From NCBI RefSeq assembly GCF_006345805.1, contig NW_021832568.1, positions 1-60,374 of the forward strand: a DNA stretch of 60,374 nt. Reading direction: 5' to 3'. Positions 37,456-48,910 of this stretch are shown here, piece after piece (the first letter of the stretch is position 1; every line of letters begins with the position of its first letter). The position numbers were made by a program, and so were the translations under genes. Under the pieces are notes generated by a model. The model had not been told where the DNA came from. It did not search any database and was given only the letters and a program-made list of their open reading frames with translations. The stretch is from Octopus sinensis (lineage: Eukaryota).

Positions 37456-37469
37456 TTGTGGTTGGAGCA

Positions 37470-39660
37470 AAGCTTTTGCCAGATCAAAGGTGATATGGTG
37501 GTGGAACAATCAGGTCGACAGGGCTATAAAAGAGAAGAAATGGGTTTGGAAAGTGTGGAAAAGGGATAGTAGCAAAGAACCATATTAGGTAGCTAAAAGG
37601 GAAGCAAGGTACTAGATTTATCTTGCTAGGGTAGAAGCAGACAGGAAGAGGTTTGCCAATATCTTACAGTATGAAGATCAGAGACTTGAGATTTTGCATA
37701 TTGCTACACAGGTGCGGGAGTGGCTGTGTGGTAAGTAGCTTGCTTACTAACCACATGGTTCTGGGTTTATTGCAACTGTGTGGCACCTTGGGCAAGTATC
37801 TTCTACTATAGCATCAGGCTGACAAAAGTGTTGTGAGTGGGTTTGGTAGACGGAAACTGAAAGAAACCTGTCGTATATATGTATATATATATGTGTGTGT
37901 TAATGTTTGTGTGTCTGTGTTTGTCCCCCCAACATCGCTTGACAACCAATTGTGGTGCGTTTACATCCCTGTAACTTTGCAGTTCAGCAAAAGAGACCGA
38001 GAGACTAAGTGCTAGGCTTACAAAGAATACGTCCTGGGGTCGATTTGCTCAACTAAAGGCACTGCTCCATCATGGCCGCAGTCAAATGACTGAAACAAAT
38101 AAAATTGTAAAAGAGTGTGTCAGAGAGGATTGAGATTTTGTGGGAGATAAAATGTGTACAGATAGATAATGGCATGCTAGTGTTTAGTGGTTTGGAAAAG
38201 AAAAATGTGTGAAAGAGCAACTGTGAAGGGCTATTAAATGTAGAGAATGAATAGAAAAAAGGAGGCTCCCCATCATGTGAACCCAACAGAGGAGCCAACC
38301 ATTCATATAGACAGCAGTATGATAAATAATGTAATTAAAGATATAGAGACTGGAAAAATCCTTGGTTCCTCAGGAGTCACTGTTGAAATGCTTAAAATAT
38401 CTATAAAGTTGGATACAGTCTAGACACTGTTTAGTTAATTAGGTTATTCAGGAAGGTATAATCCCCAATGACTGGTATACCAGGATCATAATCAGTGACT
38501 AAAAGAGTAAACGAAATGCACTAGATAGAATTAATTATAGAGGCCTCAAATTGCTCGATAAAGTGATGACAGTTATGGAGAGAATAATAAGCCAATTAAT
38601 TAGAAAGAAATGAAGCCAGATGAAATGCAGTTTGGCACAGTAATGGGAAGAAGTCAGGCAAGTACAAGGGTAATATTAAGCTAAGAATAAGCTGTAGTAC
38701 TTGGCATTAGTTGACCTGGAGAAAGCATTCAGCAGGGCACCCTGCTCTGTAAAATGCTGGTCTTTCAGGAAGCTAGAGATAGATAGACGGCTTGTGAAAA
38801 GCAATTCAGGTATTGTACAGGGTTGCTATAAATAATGTTAGAATTAGTCATGAGCACAGTGATAAATTTAGTGTAGGGTTAGGTGTTCATCAAGGCTCAG
38901 TCCTCAGCCACCTCCTATTCAGAATTGTCCTCCAGGTCATAACAGAGGAATTTAAGCCTGGAAGCCAATGAGAACTACTATATGTAAATTACCTTGCTCT
39001 CACAGCAGAATCAGTAACAAAACTAGAAAAAGGTTTCAGGTGTGGAAGCAAAGCCTGGAATCAAAGAGCCCTGAAGTTAAGTTAGCAAAGACAAAAGCCT
39101 TTGTAAACAAGAAAACAAACAGGACCCTACTCACTTCAGGTAAATGGTTTTTCTCAGTATGTAAGAATGGTGTAGGCAGAAATTCATTTCAGCGTATTCA
39201 GGGTATGCAATGGATGCAAAACAGGTGCAGTGGAACAGTAGGGAGGTTAACAGAGAAATTAGTGTCTGTATGTGGAAAATGCATAGGAGTCATAAAATCT
39301 ACAAGAATACAAGAAATGGATTTTCACAAATGCCCAAGAGGTGCTCTAAAGGTACTGGGCAATTTCTGCTAGCTAGGTGACCTAATTTTCAGTGGAAGAG
39401 GAAATGAAATTGCTAGAATAAGATGGAGAAAGTTCAGAGATCTTTTACCTCAAGTGGCAACCAAAAGTCTCTCTTTCTGAGAGAAAGGAAGGTTGTGTGA
39501 TGCCTGTGCACAAACAGCAATGCCACGTGATAGGCAGACATGGTCCTTGAATGTAGAGGGCATGCAAAGACTAGAAAGGTATGAAGTTACAATGTTCAAT
39601 ATGATGTGCAATGTTTGTCTGCATGTTTGTCTGCATGAAGTTACTATGTTCAGTATGATG
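37470..39660 (+). mobile_element. Old RTE-A copy interrupted by a SINE
   Basis: WWWNNQVDRAIKEK, HQGSVL, decayed PHD (CKNGVGRNS), CDACAQTAM. Confidence 0.85.
37710..38115 (+). mobile_element. tRNA-derived SINE
   Basis: Colinear with 337-748. Confidence 0.8.
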
Positions 39661-39920
39661 CGCAATGTTTCTCCTCACCATCTCCAGCATCTCAGCCTTA
39701 TCAACCTACAGAAGTCAATGGAGCCTGGTACAGCTCCTGGCCATGCCAGCTCCAGTCAAACCATCTCATTCATACCAACATGGAAAATTGATGCTAAACG
39801 ATGACAATGATGATGGTGATGATGATAATATATACTTGTGTGTATGTGCGTGTGTGCATATTCAAGAATAACATTTCTGATGACAATCAGAAATCCAACC
39901 AGTATACACACTAAAAAAGA

Positions 39921-40083
39921 TAATGCATTGAAAGAATGTTCATTTTAAGATACGAAGATGATGATGATGACTTCTCAGCTTTTTAGAATAATTAACAACA
40001 TATATAGGATAAAATACTTACAGAAAAGAAAAATCATCATCATCTTCATCATGTATTAAAATGAACATTCTTTCAATGTATTA
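39921..40083. repeat. Inverted repeat with ~50-bp arms
   Basis: 39921-39970 versus 40034-40083; outer 28 bp 27/28 complementary. Confidence 0.8.
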
Positions 40084-40224
40084 TTGGCAGTATTAGTTTG
40101 TTACAATATTTTGTGAATTGACTGAAACTCAAAGTTAGTGTTTATAGAAATATACTTTCTTCATGGTCATAATAGATTAATATTGACAGGAAAATACATA
40201 CAAATGATTTATATTTGTACTTAC

Positions 40225-40497
40225 TGAATAATGGTTTTGCATGAAATCTTGTCTTCTCACCAGTGGTGCTTTCACAAACAATTATTTGCTCAATATTTTG
40301 AAGAAGTGTGATGTTTATGATCCTGACATTGTTAGGAAGCACATTTGCTTCAAAGTATTCAGTTTTAGCAGTTCTGCTAATGATGTATCTATCAATTCGC
40401 CAGTGTTTAAGGTTTTGCTTTTCAAGAGGACATTCAAAAGTTACTGGTTGATTCTTCCTGGTAAATTTTGTGCCACCCTCAATTAATCCAAGAGAAA
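40225..40497 (-). CDS. Host gene coding exon 2: single Ig-like domain
   Basis: ttttcatttccttcAG acceptor and GTAAGT donor; 273 nt, phase 1-1 as typical of Ig exons; VTFEC...HWRI...IVCES gives B-strand Cys, C-strand Trp, F-strand Cys; NIT sequon; lies inside ORF 40142..40531. Confidence 0.8.
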
Positions 40498-41074
40498 CTG
40501 AAGGAAATGAAAATATAAAACACATATACATATCATTTAATAGCTACCTTGTCATTCCAAGAAGTAATTTTTCTAATGCAAGAACAACAACTTGAAATAA
40601 ATTAAAATTAAGAGGATTAATTGAAAAATTCCTTTTAAAGCATAATTTAAAATTAAATGTGAATAGATGTACAGAGAATATTTCAGAGAGAATAGGAATC
40701 ACACCCATGTATCATAGATAATGCCTAAGGCATTAACTTTCTGTCAATGACTCAAATATTATAATCATATCATCTGATCAGGAGAAATGTAAAAGAAACA
40801 TGTCAATCAGAAGCACACACCTACTTTAGGATGTGAAATCAGACATTCAAATATGAAGAGATATTCGGTTCCTGAACTTTATTTAAATAACACAAATGAT
40901 TACCATTTTGTTCTATTTTCTGTGAAATCTGTATTTGTATTCACATTTAGTTTTAAAATTTAAAAGATTTTATTTATTATATTTAATTGGGCAAAAATTA
41001 ACAGCGGACAGAATGATGAAGAAGACAGTGAAAATATTGATTTCAAATTTTGGTACAAGGCCAGGAATGTTGGG

Positions 41075-41255
41075 GGAGGGGATAAGTTGATCACATTGAC
41101 CCCAGTGCTCAACTAGTACTTATTTTATTGACCTGGAAAAGATGAAAGGCAAAGTCTCAACCTCAGATGAATTTGAACTGAGAATGTAAAGCCGGACAAA
41201 ATGCCACTAAACATTTTGCCCAGTGTGCTAACGATTCTGCCAGTTCACCACCTTA
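41075..41255 (-). mobile_element. Second tRNA-derived SINE family
   Basis: Minus: aaggtggtgaactggcagaatcgttagc...gttcaaatt...tttgcctttcatctttt...gtcaataaaataagtact. Confidence 0.65.
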
Positions 41256-41278
41256 AAAACAATGAGAATATTAAAAGG

Positions 41279-43650
41279 TAGGGAGTGGTATTAAAAAGTT
41301 CCCAGATTAGTTATCTGTATATATATAAAAGGCATGATTTGTGTGAGTGTGTACGTGTGTGTGTACGTGGATGTAATTTATGCATGTCCACATAGCATGC
41401 ATGTCGCTCCAATTTTAGGACATTCATCATGACCCTAGCTGTATTTTTGTCAACTTATTTTTACCAGAGGCACCAGCATAGTGGTAAAAATAAATTTCTG
41501 ACCAAAACTTTTAGTAATTTTCAAGTCGGAGAAATCCACCATTATTTACAACAAGAGTTAAGTCCCCTTCTAGTAACAAGTAAGTTTTTGTTAAAAATTT
41601 GTTAAGTATTTTGTCGATATACGGGCAACACACACACACACATACACACACACACGAACATATATCTGAACAAAACACATGTATGCAATATGTGTATGAT
41701 CGTGTGTGTGTGTGTATATATATATATATTCTTAAAACTTAGTTGTGATCTGAATGTAACCACTTCTGACACAGAGGAGCGGGAGCTCTTTTGGGCATTC
41801 TATTTTCCTTGCTGGAAGGCTTCCCAACCCACGGGCAAAGGGGGGTTAGATGATGGGGGTGGTGTTTTCAAAGGGCTGGCATGTGCAACCTGATCACATG
41901 TGCAACCTGATCACATGTGCATGTGCAGCCTGATCAACCCATGCGCTCCCATCACGACACCGATTCTGCAGAACTGAGTTGGGTGTGAAAACCAACTTTA
42001 AAGAATAAATATTTATGTTTTGAATCAACAATATTGTGTTCGGTTAAGTCCTATTTGGGATGAAAACCAATTAACTGATTCCTCATGGGGTTTTCCATTT
42101 AATCAGGATAAAAAAATAAAAAAAAATCGATATAAACCGATTCCTTATAGGATTTCCCAATAAAATTGGCTACACCCCATTTTCAACCATAACTTTTACC
42201 GAATTTGATGTATTTTGTTCAAACTTGATGCCAGCCTTACTTAGGAGTCATGGGATCTTTGAATACTCTCAGTTCTCTAAAAACGAAAAAAGATCGATGA
42301 GTGGGAAAAAAATCAATAGACCGACCGATTCCTTATGGGATTTCCCAATCAAGTCATCTGCAACTCATTTTCAGCCAAAATTTTACCAATTTCAACAGAT
42401 TTCGCTCAAATATGACATCGATGTTACTTAGTTTGGTTTGAAATAACGAACTTCATTAGCTTAATAATCCTAACTTAATCCTGGGCAAAGCCAGGCTACA
42501 CTGCTAGTGTTTAATAAAAAAATAACTTGTTTACTTAAGTTTTAACAGCATCTCTTTTGAAAAAGTCATCTTGCACAGCAATACACTGATCCCAACATTC
42601 CTGCCACTATTGGAATCTGGCCTGGAGATCATTTTCTGTAAGCAAGTCGAGCACTTTCTGTGATTCACTCTTCATCATGACAACAGTGTTAAAATGGCAA
42701 CTTTTGAGCTAAATTTTTACCTTGGCAAAGAGATGGCAGTCTGCAGATGCTAAACCTGGCAAATAGGGCAAGTGTGGGAGTGATACCATGTTGTTTTTGG
42801 CAAGGAACTCAGATAGGGAGCAGTCATCATGAAGAATCCACTTCTGTGTGCTCAATAGATCTGGTTGTTTAGCCAAATGTCCTCCCTCAAATGCTTCACA
42901 ACATCACAGTAAAATTCTCCATTGACTGTCTGGCCTTATGGGATGAATTCTTTATGCACAATACTGGTGATGTTGAAAAAACAATGAGCATGCTCTTGAT
43001 TGAGCTGTAGATCTGTTATACCTTCTTTGGTTATGGTGATGAAGGCCTCTTCCATTGGGATGATGGTTGCTTCATCTCAGGGTTGTACCCATAGACCCAA
43101 CTCTTATCACCGGTGATGATTCTTGACATAAAGGATGGGTCATCAGAAGCCTGCCAATGGAGATCTTGACAGACTTTGACATGATGTTCTTTCTGTTCAG
43201 TAGTCAGCAAGCAGGAGACAAACTTGGCAAAGACACACCACATGTTCAATTCAGATGTTAGGATTGCCTCCATGAACCAATATGACAAACCGGCATCAGC
43301 AATGTTGTTGTCTTCAGATGATCCTCATGCACAAGCTGATGAATTTTACAGGCAGACATCATGGTAGGTCACCCAGATTGCTCTCTGTCTTCTTAGGATG
43401 TTCTTCCACTTTTGAAGCATCCACACTAATTGAAACTTGCATACAACTCATTGCCTCATCGCTGTAAGCTTGCCAAAGCATGATCAATGTCTGTAGCAGA
43501 CTTCCCAAGTTTAACGCAAAATTTCACATTGGCTCTTGGTTCAAACTTTCAGTTTATGACAAAATTGCAAACTATAGCACAAACAAGATCACAAAAACAA
43601 ATTTCACAACTTGCGAAGTAAACACTAGCACCGCTGAGGGTAATATTCTC
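41279..43650 (-). mobile_element. Mariner transposon split by a Helitron; 5' boundary uncertain
   Basis: TIR-like gggagtggtattaaaaagttcccag at 41281; transposase AKFVSCLLT..IITGDKSWVYGY (43031..43288); C-terminal remnants 42560-42760. Confidence 0.85.
41314..42507 (+). mobile_element. Complete non-autonomous Helitron
   Basis: A|TC start at 41313/41314; hairpin cctgggcaaagccagg and CTAG|T at 42504-42508; no TSD. Confidence 0.9.
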
Positions 43651-44049
43651 TGCAGATGCACAAAAGCTTTTTTCAGAGTTATTTACTTTGAATTGTTATT
43701 ATCTCCTATCATTAGCCTGTCCTTACATAACATGCTTCATGATTTTAGTATACATACCTTATCAGTGCTTCCTCTTAAGTTCTATATACTCTGGAATGTA
43801 TTAAAGCCATTTTGGGGCTACTTTGTTTGAAATCTTACTATCGGGTAATTAATTTCATGTTATTACATAACTGACTTCACAATTTGGGAATTCATAACTT
43901 ATTGGAATTCCTAAAAACAAGTTCCTGTGTAAGACTGATACTTTGTATTGTTGTTAATGGATTAGCGAAACAATTATGAGAATGGAACAAAGGGACAAGC
44001 CCCACTTTCCTAGGAATTACCGGTTATGTCAGCAAGTATATATATATAT

Positions 44050-44830
44050 ATAAATACATATGTATTTAAAGAATGTAGTTGTGTAAAGATGGAATAATGT
44101 GAGATGCTCACCCCTTCACGGGAAGGAGTAAATTCCATACATGAAAAATTCAACTACATTGACAGTCACATAAATTTGAAAATGAACACCCAGACAAGCC
44201 TGGATCTCTCTCTCTGCTGGATTTCCAAATCAGGATCACAGAGGATGGTTACATCCACATGAATCTTTACAAAAGAAGCAGTGACTAGGAATCTATTCAT
44301 GCATTATGATTCGGCCCGGTCCACCAGAGCCAAAACTGCACATATACAAAATTAAATAACATGCATAAGAGACAGATGCAATGAAGTAAGTGACAAAGCC
44401 ATCAGCATGAAGCGGTTCCTCAGGAACTTAGCACACAACGGTTATCCACCATCCACAGCTAAAAGACTGCCTCTGTGAATAATGAAAGTGGGTAAACTAC
44501 ACAGAGAAGCCCATAACATCAGATCAGAAACATGCTTCCTTAGACTGCCCTACTTAGATGACAGAACATCAGCAGCTACCCAACATCCATCCGCAGGGAG
44601 AGACTTAACATACAGCTGGTACACACCAGTCTATCCCTGAAGAAAGCTCTATCAAGGAAAAATACCTAAGGGAGCACTGTGGAGTGCACACTCACCAACT
44701 GCCCCATCAATGACATCAAAACATGCAGTATATGAGGTCGTCTGCAATAAATGTGGGGCACCCTACGTAGGGAGCACTACTAGGAAACTACACATTCGAA
44801 TAAACAAGCAAATGCAGATAGACACTTTGA
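44050..44830 (+). mobile_element. Decayed Penelope-like element
   Basis: SLSLLDFQI thumb region; KHAVYEVVCNKCGAPYVGSTTRKLHIRI GIY-YIG. Confidence 0.8.
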
Positions 44831-44845
44831 TAAAGAAGCCCCTCA

Positions 44846-46410
44846 ATTTGGGGTCCTTGGCGAATTTGGAGTCCTTGGCACTATGCAGTGGAGCCCAGTT
44901 CTAGTATTTGTGTAACTCTCGATGTGAAAGTTTGGGACAAGTCCTTCCAGGATCTTTCAGATGTATATTATGGCATATCTTTATCGCCTACACTCTAAGG
45001 AATAGAGTCTTAATCTCTTGAGCCTTTCCCAATAGCTTACATGCTATATAGAGGCTATCTTCTTCGTGTAGCTTCGTTGGATTGCCTCAAATTCTGTGAT
45101 TAATTTGACACTGGTTGGTGACCATAGCTGAGAGCAATAGTCAAAGTGGCTAAGGACAAGTGTCCTCCAGAGGACCGTCATGGTTTCCTGGTCTCTTGTT
45201 CTAAAAGCTCTAAGAATCCATCCGGTCAGCCACCTACATTTCATTGCCAATTTAGCAACATGCACATGAAAGGTTGCATCATTAATCATGTAAATACCTA
45301 GGTCTCACACTGATTGTGCCTCTGGGATTGCAATCCCTCCAGGTCCAGTGTATTTATTGAGTATTGCATTTAGTTTTGCATGCTGATAGCATAAAGCTTG
45401 AAACTTTCAGCATTGAACTGCATGCTATTCTTTTCAGCCCATTTGTATATTTCATCCAGCTCACATTGCAGGTGCATAGTGTCTTCAGGGTTCTGTATTA
45501 CTGTGAAACTTTTGTATCATCGGCATAACTTGTGATCGTGGCTCCCTGCATGGATGAGGGCATGTCTGAGAGGGCCATTATGAACAGTAGTGGTCCCAAA
45601 ATAGTGCCTTGAGGAACACCGCTCACTATTTGCATGTTATTGGAGGTGGCCCCATTGGAGGTGGCCACCTGACTTCTATCCTTCAGAAAGTCATGAAGCC
45701 ATTCTCCCAATTTCCCAACTATGCCAAGATCACACAGTTTGTGACATATCATTCCATGATCGACTTTATCAAAGGCCTTTGCAAAGTCGAGATATATGAC
45801 TTCCACATTTGAGTGGTTGAGCAGTTGTTTCAGTACCCAGTCATTGTGTTGTAGGAGCCGAGTTAGGCAGCTACTTCCTGGCTGGAAACCATGTGGTGTC
45901 AGGCAGCAAGTTATTTTCTTCAAGGAAAGCAGACTCAAGAGATTAAGACTCTATTCCTTAGAGCGTAGGCGATAAAGATATGCCATAATATACCTCTGGA
46001 AGATCCTGGAAGGACTTGTCTCAAACTTTCACATTGAGAGTTACACAAATACTAGAACTGGGCTCCACTGCATAGGGCCAAGGACTCCAAATTTGCCATC
46101 AAGATGTAGGACAAGATACTGTGATAGCCTGGGCTTCAAAGGTCCACAGCTCTTCAATATCCTCCCGAAGGACCTGAGAGACCTGCATGGTGTGGATGCA
46201 GATGTCTTTAAAATAATGCGGGACCTCTTCATATCAGGGTCCCAGATGAACCAACATCACAGCAGGAGGTGTGCAGATAAGGGCAGCTGCATCAAACTCT
46301 CTCATGCACCAAATGTCAATTGCTAAAAAGCATTCGTGAAGTAAAATCATGTAGCAACACCAAATGGCGGTGCCCCAGCATGGCCACAGCTCGTGAGCTG
46401 AAACTAGATA
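44846..46410. mobile_element. CR1-clade LINE with inverted 5' segment
   Basis: Minus RT 45498..45938 (YLDFAKAFD, GVPQG, SYADD) and 45044..45289; plus-strand C-terminus and tail 45924-46410. Confidence 0.9.
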
Positions 46411-46459
46411 AAATGAAAAAATGAAAAAATATATATATATCCACATATATATATATATA

Positions 46460-46945
46460 TGGATAGTAGAAATATGTTACGGAAAGAAAATAAAAAATAC
46501 ACATGGAAATGTAAGGGTAAAATAAGAAAAATCAACGAAAATGCACATTGCAAATAGAAAAAGGCTATTTATGACAGGTAACGACAAATATATACATTTA
46601 GATTGACTGAGGTAGTAATACGAGTCATAAAAGTCCTTATTATGAGATGATTATAAGATGATAATAATGTAGGAGAACAAAACGAATGATGGTTTACGCA
46701 AAACTATTCATCGTTTGAACAACACCGGTTAATGAAGGGTGTCAGGTCTAATAGTTCCTGAGAAAAAAGATTATTTGTAAGGGAGGTAAGTAGTTCTGGA
46801 TTTAGAGATGTGAGTAGTGTAGGAAGTGTATAGGGTTTAGTGGTTTCAATTGAAGAGTTAGTGGTGTTCTGTATTGAGTTGTGTGTTCATATTTAGTTGG
46901 GGGAGAAATTTATTGATGAAAAATGCCTCTTTATAAATGGATATA
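46460..46945 (-). mobile_element. Possible Penelope-like 3' end
   Basis: Minus frame IYKEAFFINKFLPQLN resembles the GIY-YIG C-terminal motif, followed by UTR-like sequence. Confidence 0.5.
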
Positions 46946-47014
46946 TATATATATATATATCCATGTATATCATATATATCCATATATATCATATATATCC
47001 ATATATATCATATA

Positions 47015-47300
47015 TATCATCATTTAATGTCCGCTTTCCATGCTAGCATGGGTTGGACGATTTTGACTCAGGGCTGGTGAACCAGACGGTCGCACCAAGC
47101 TCCAATCGTGATCTGGCAGAGTTTCTACAGCTGGATGCCATTCCTAATGTCACCCACTCCAAGAGTGTAGTGGGTGCTTTTTATGTGCCACCAGCACGGG
47201 GCTAGTCAGGCGGTACTGGCAATGACCTCGTTCAAATCTTTTAACACATGCCACTGGCACAGGTGCCAGTAAGTCGATGTTCGTAACAATCACGCTTGAA
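47015..47300 (-). mobile_element. RTE-A 3' UTR fragment
   Basis: catcatttaatgtccgctttccatgctagcatgg ... ctggatgcc. Confidence 0.85.
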
Positions 47301-47325
47301 TTGTGCTCTTTCACGTATATATATA

Positions 47326-48198
47326 ATAGAAGAGTTACCCGGCGTTGCCCAAGTTACACACAATTGAAGAATTAGACTTTTCTGTTATATTTTCTGTAAT
47401 GAACTGGAATACCTATGTTTCGAATTTCATCAAAATTGCAGATGAGGGTTATTTCCCTCTTTACACACACAAACAAAATTGTAATTGTGCCACATGTATC
47501 CCATACTACTGATTTTTATGCGCATATTCCAAAATTCCAGTCTTATGGAACCTGTTAAAAGGATTTTGCTCCTGAAAAGTGGAGGTCATAGAGCTCTAAA
47601 ATGTGAGAGTTAATGCCCCTATTGGGGGTGGGCATCTTAATGTCAACCAGAGAAGTTGAATTGTTGAGAATCTTTTTAACTTTGGTCTTATATCTATTGC
47701 TTGAATTTCTTTGAAATAGGAAATATATGTTCACTGGGTTTGTAAAAGAGAGCAAAGCTACAGGAAACCAAAAGACGAATCATCACAATAAGCGGTCTGC
47801 TATCCTACCCTAGTAGATACCACTCCCAATGTAGGATTCCTCACCATAAATAATGCTCATCTTTTATGCTCAGGTAACCCTACAGCTTCCAAGAGCACAA
47901 CTGTATTCATTTATGCTTAGATAAAGTGACAAAATTGTGGGTGTTAAGTCCCCATGGAGGGGTCTTTCTAACTTGTAAGTAGATGAAATTTTATAAATAT
48001 TACTTCATTTGTGTCTAATACCTATGATTAAAATTTCATCAAGAGCAAAATTATATGAATTGTCATGGGGTTTATGGCCCTTATGCATAGAATATAATTT
48101 CCAAATTTCATAAAGATTCATTCAGTACTTTTGACCTAGTTTTGGATCATAAAAGAAATTACTAAAATTTGGGAGTTAAGGCTCCCATTAGGGTGTTA

Positions 48199-48200
<2 letters not shown>
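47326..48200 (-). mobile_element. Non-autonomous Helitron, decayed; 5' end uncertain
   Basis: 47326-47385 matches the 3' terminus at 11291-11350. Confidence 0.6.
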
Positions 48201-48238
<38 letters not shown>

Positions 48239-48446
48239 TATTTGAGGAAATAAAATCCAAAACTTATTTAGAAGTACTAAATCAAGTTTCACACAATATA
48301 ATATATATTATTATTTTATTTTTTAGCAATTTACTTAATCATTGACATTTTATTGCTATTTTAATGTTAATATTTCTATTATAGGTAACTTTCTAAAGGG
48401 TGTAATTTAATTGTTCATTTTGAATTGATAAAAGATGGTTTTTTTC

Positions 48447-48508
<62 letters not shown>

Positions 48509-48910
48509 TAGATAGATAGATAGATAGATATATAGATAGATAGTTACATACATACATTCATACATACATACATACATACATACATACATACATACATACA
48601 TACATACATACATACATAAATACATATAGATATACACACACACACACATAAAAAGACAAATTGATAGATACAACTGAGTGGGCAAACAAAAATATGAGAC
48701 ACAGCCTAGTGCTTTATTTATGTCGATAAGCCTGGTACTTATTCTATTAGTTTGTTCTTGTGAAAACAGTCGGTTGTGTGGATGTAAATAAATGAACAGC
48801 AGTGATGAGGGTGAAACACAAAGACACACACATACACTTACATATATACATACATATATATATATATATACAGTTGATTTGTTTCAGTTCCTGTCTACGA
48901 AATCCATATA

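Noticed and set aside
40548-40590. 43-nt micro-exon upstream of the Ig exon
   Set aside because: Would leave a 50-nt intron, and the only frame joining in phase to the Ig exon contains TAG
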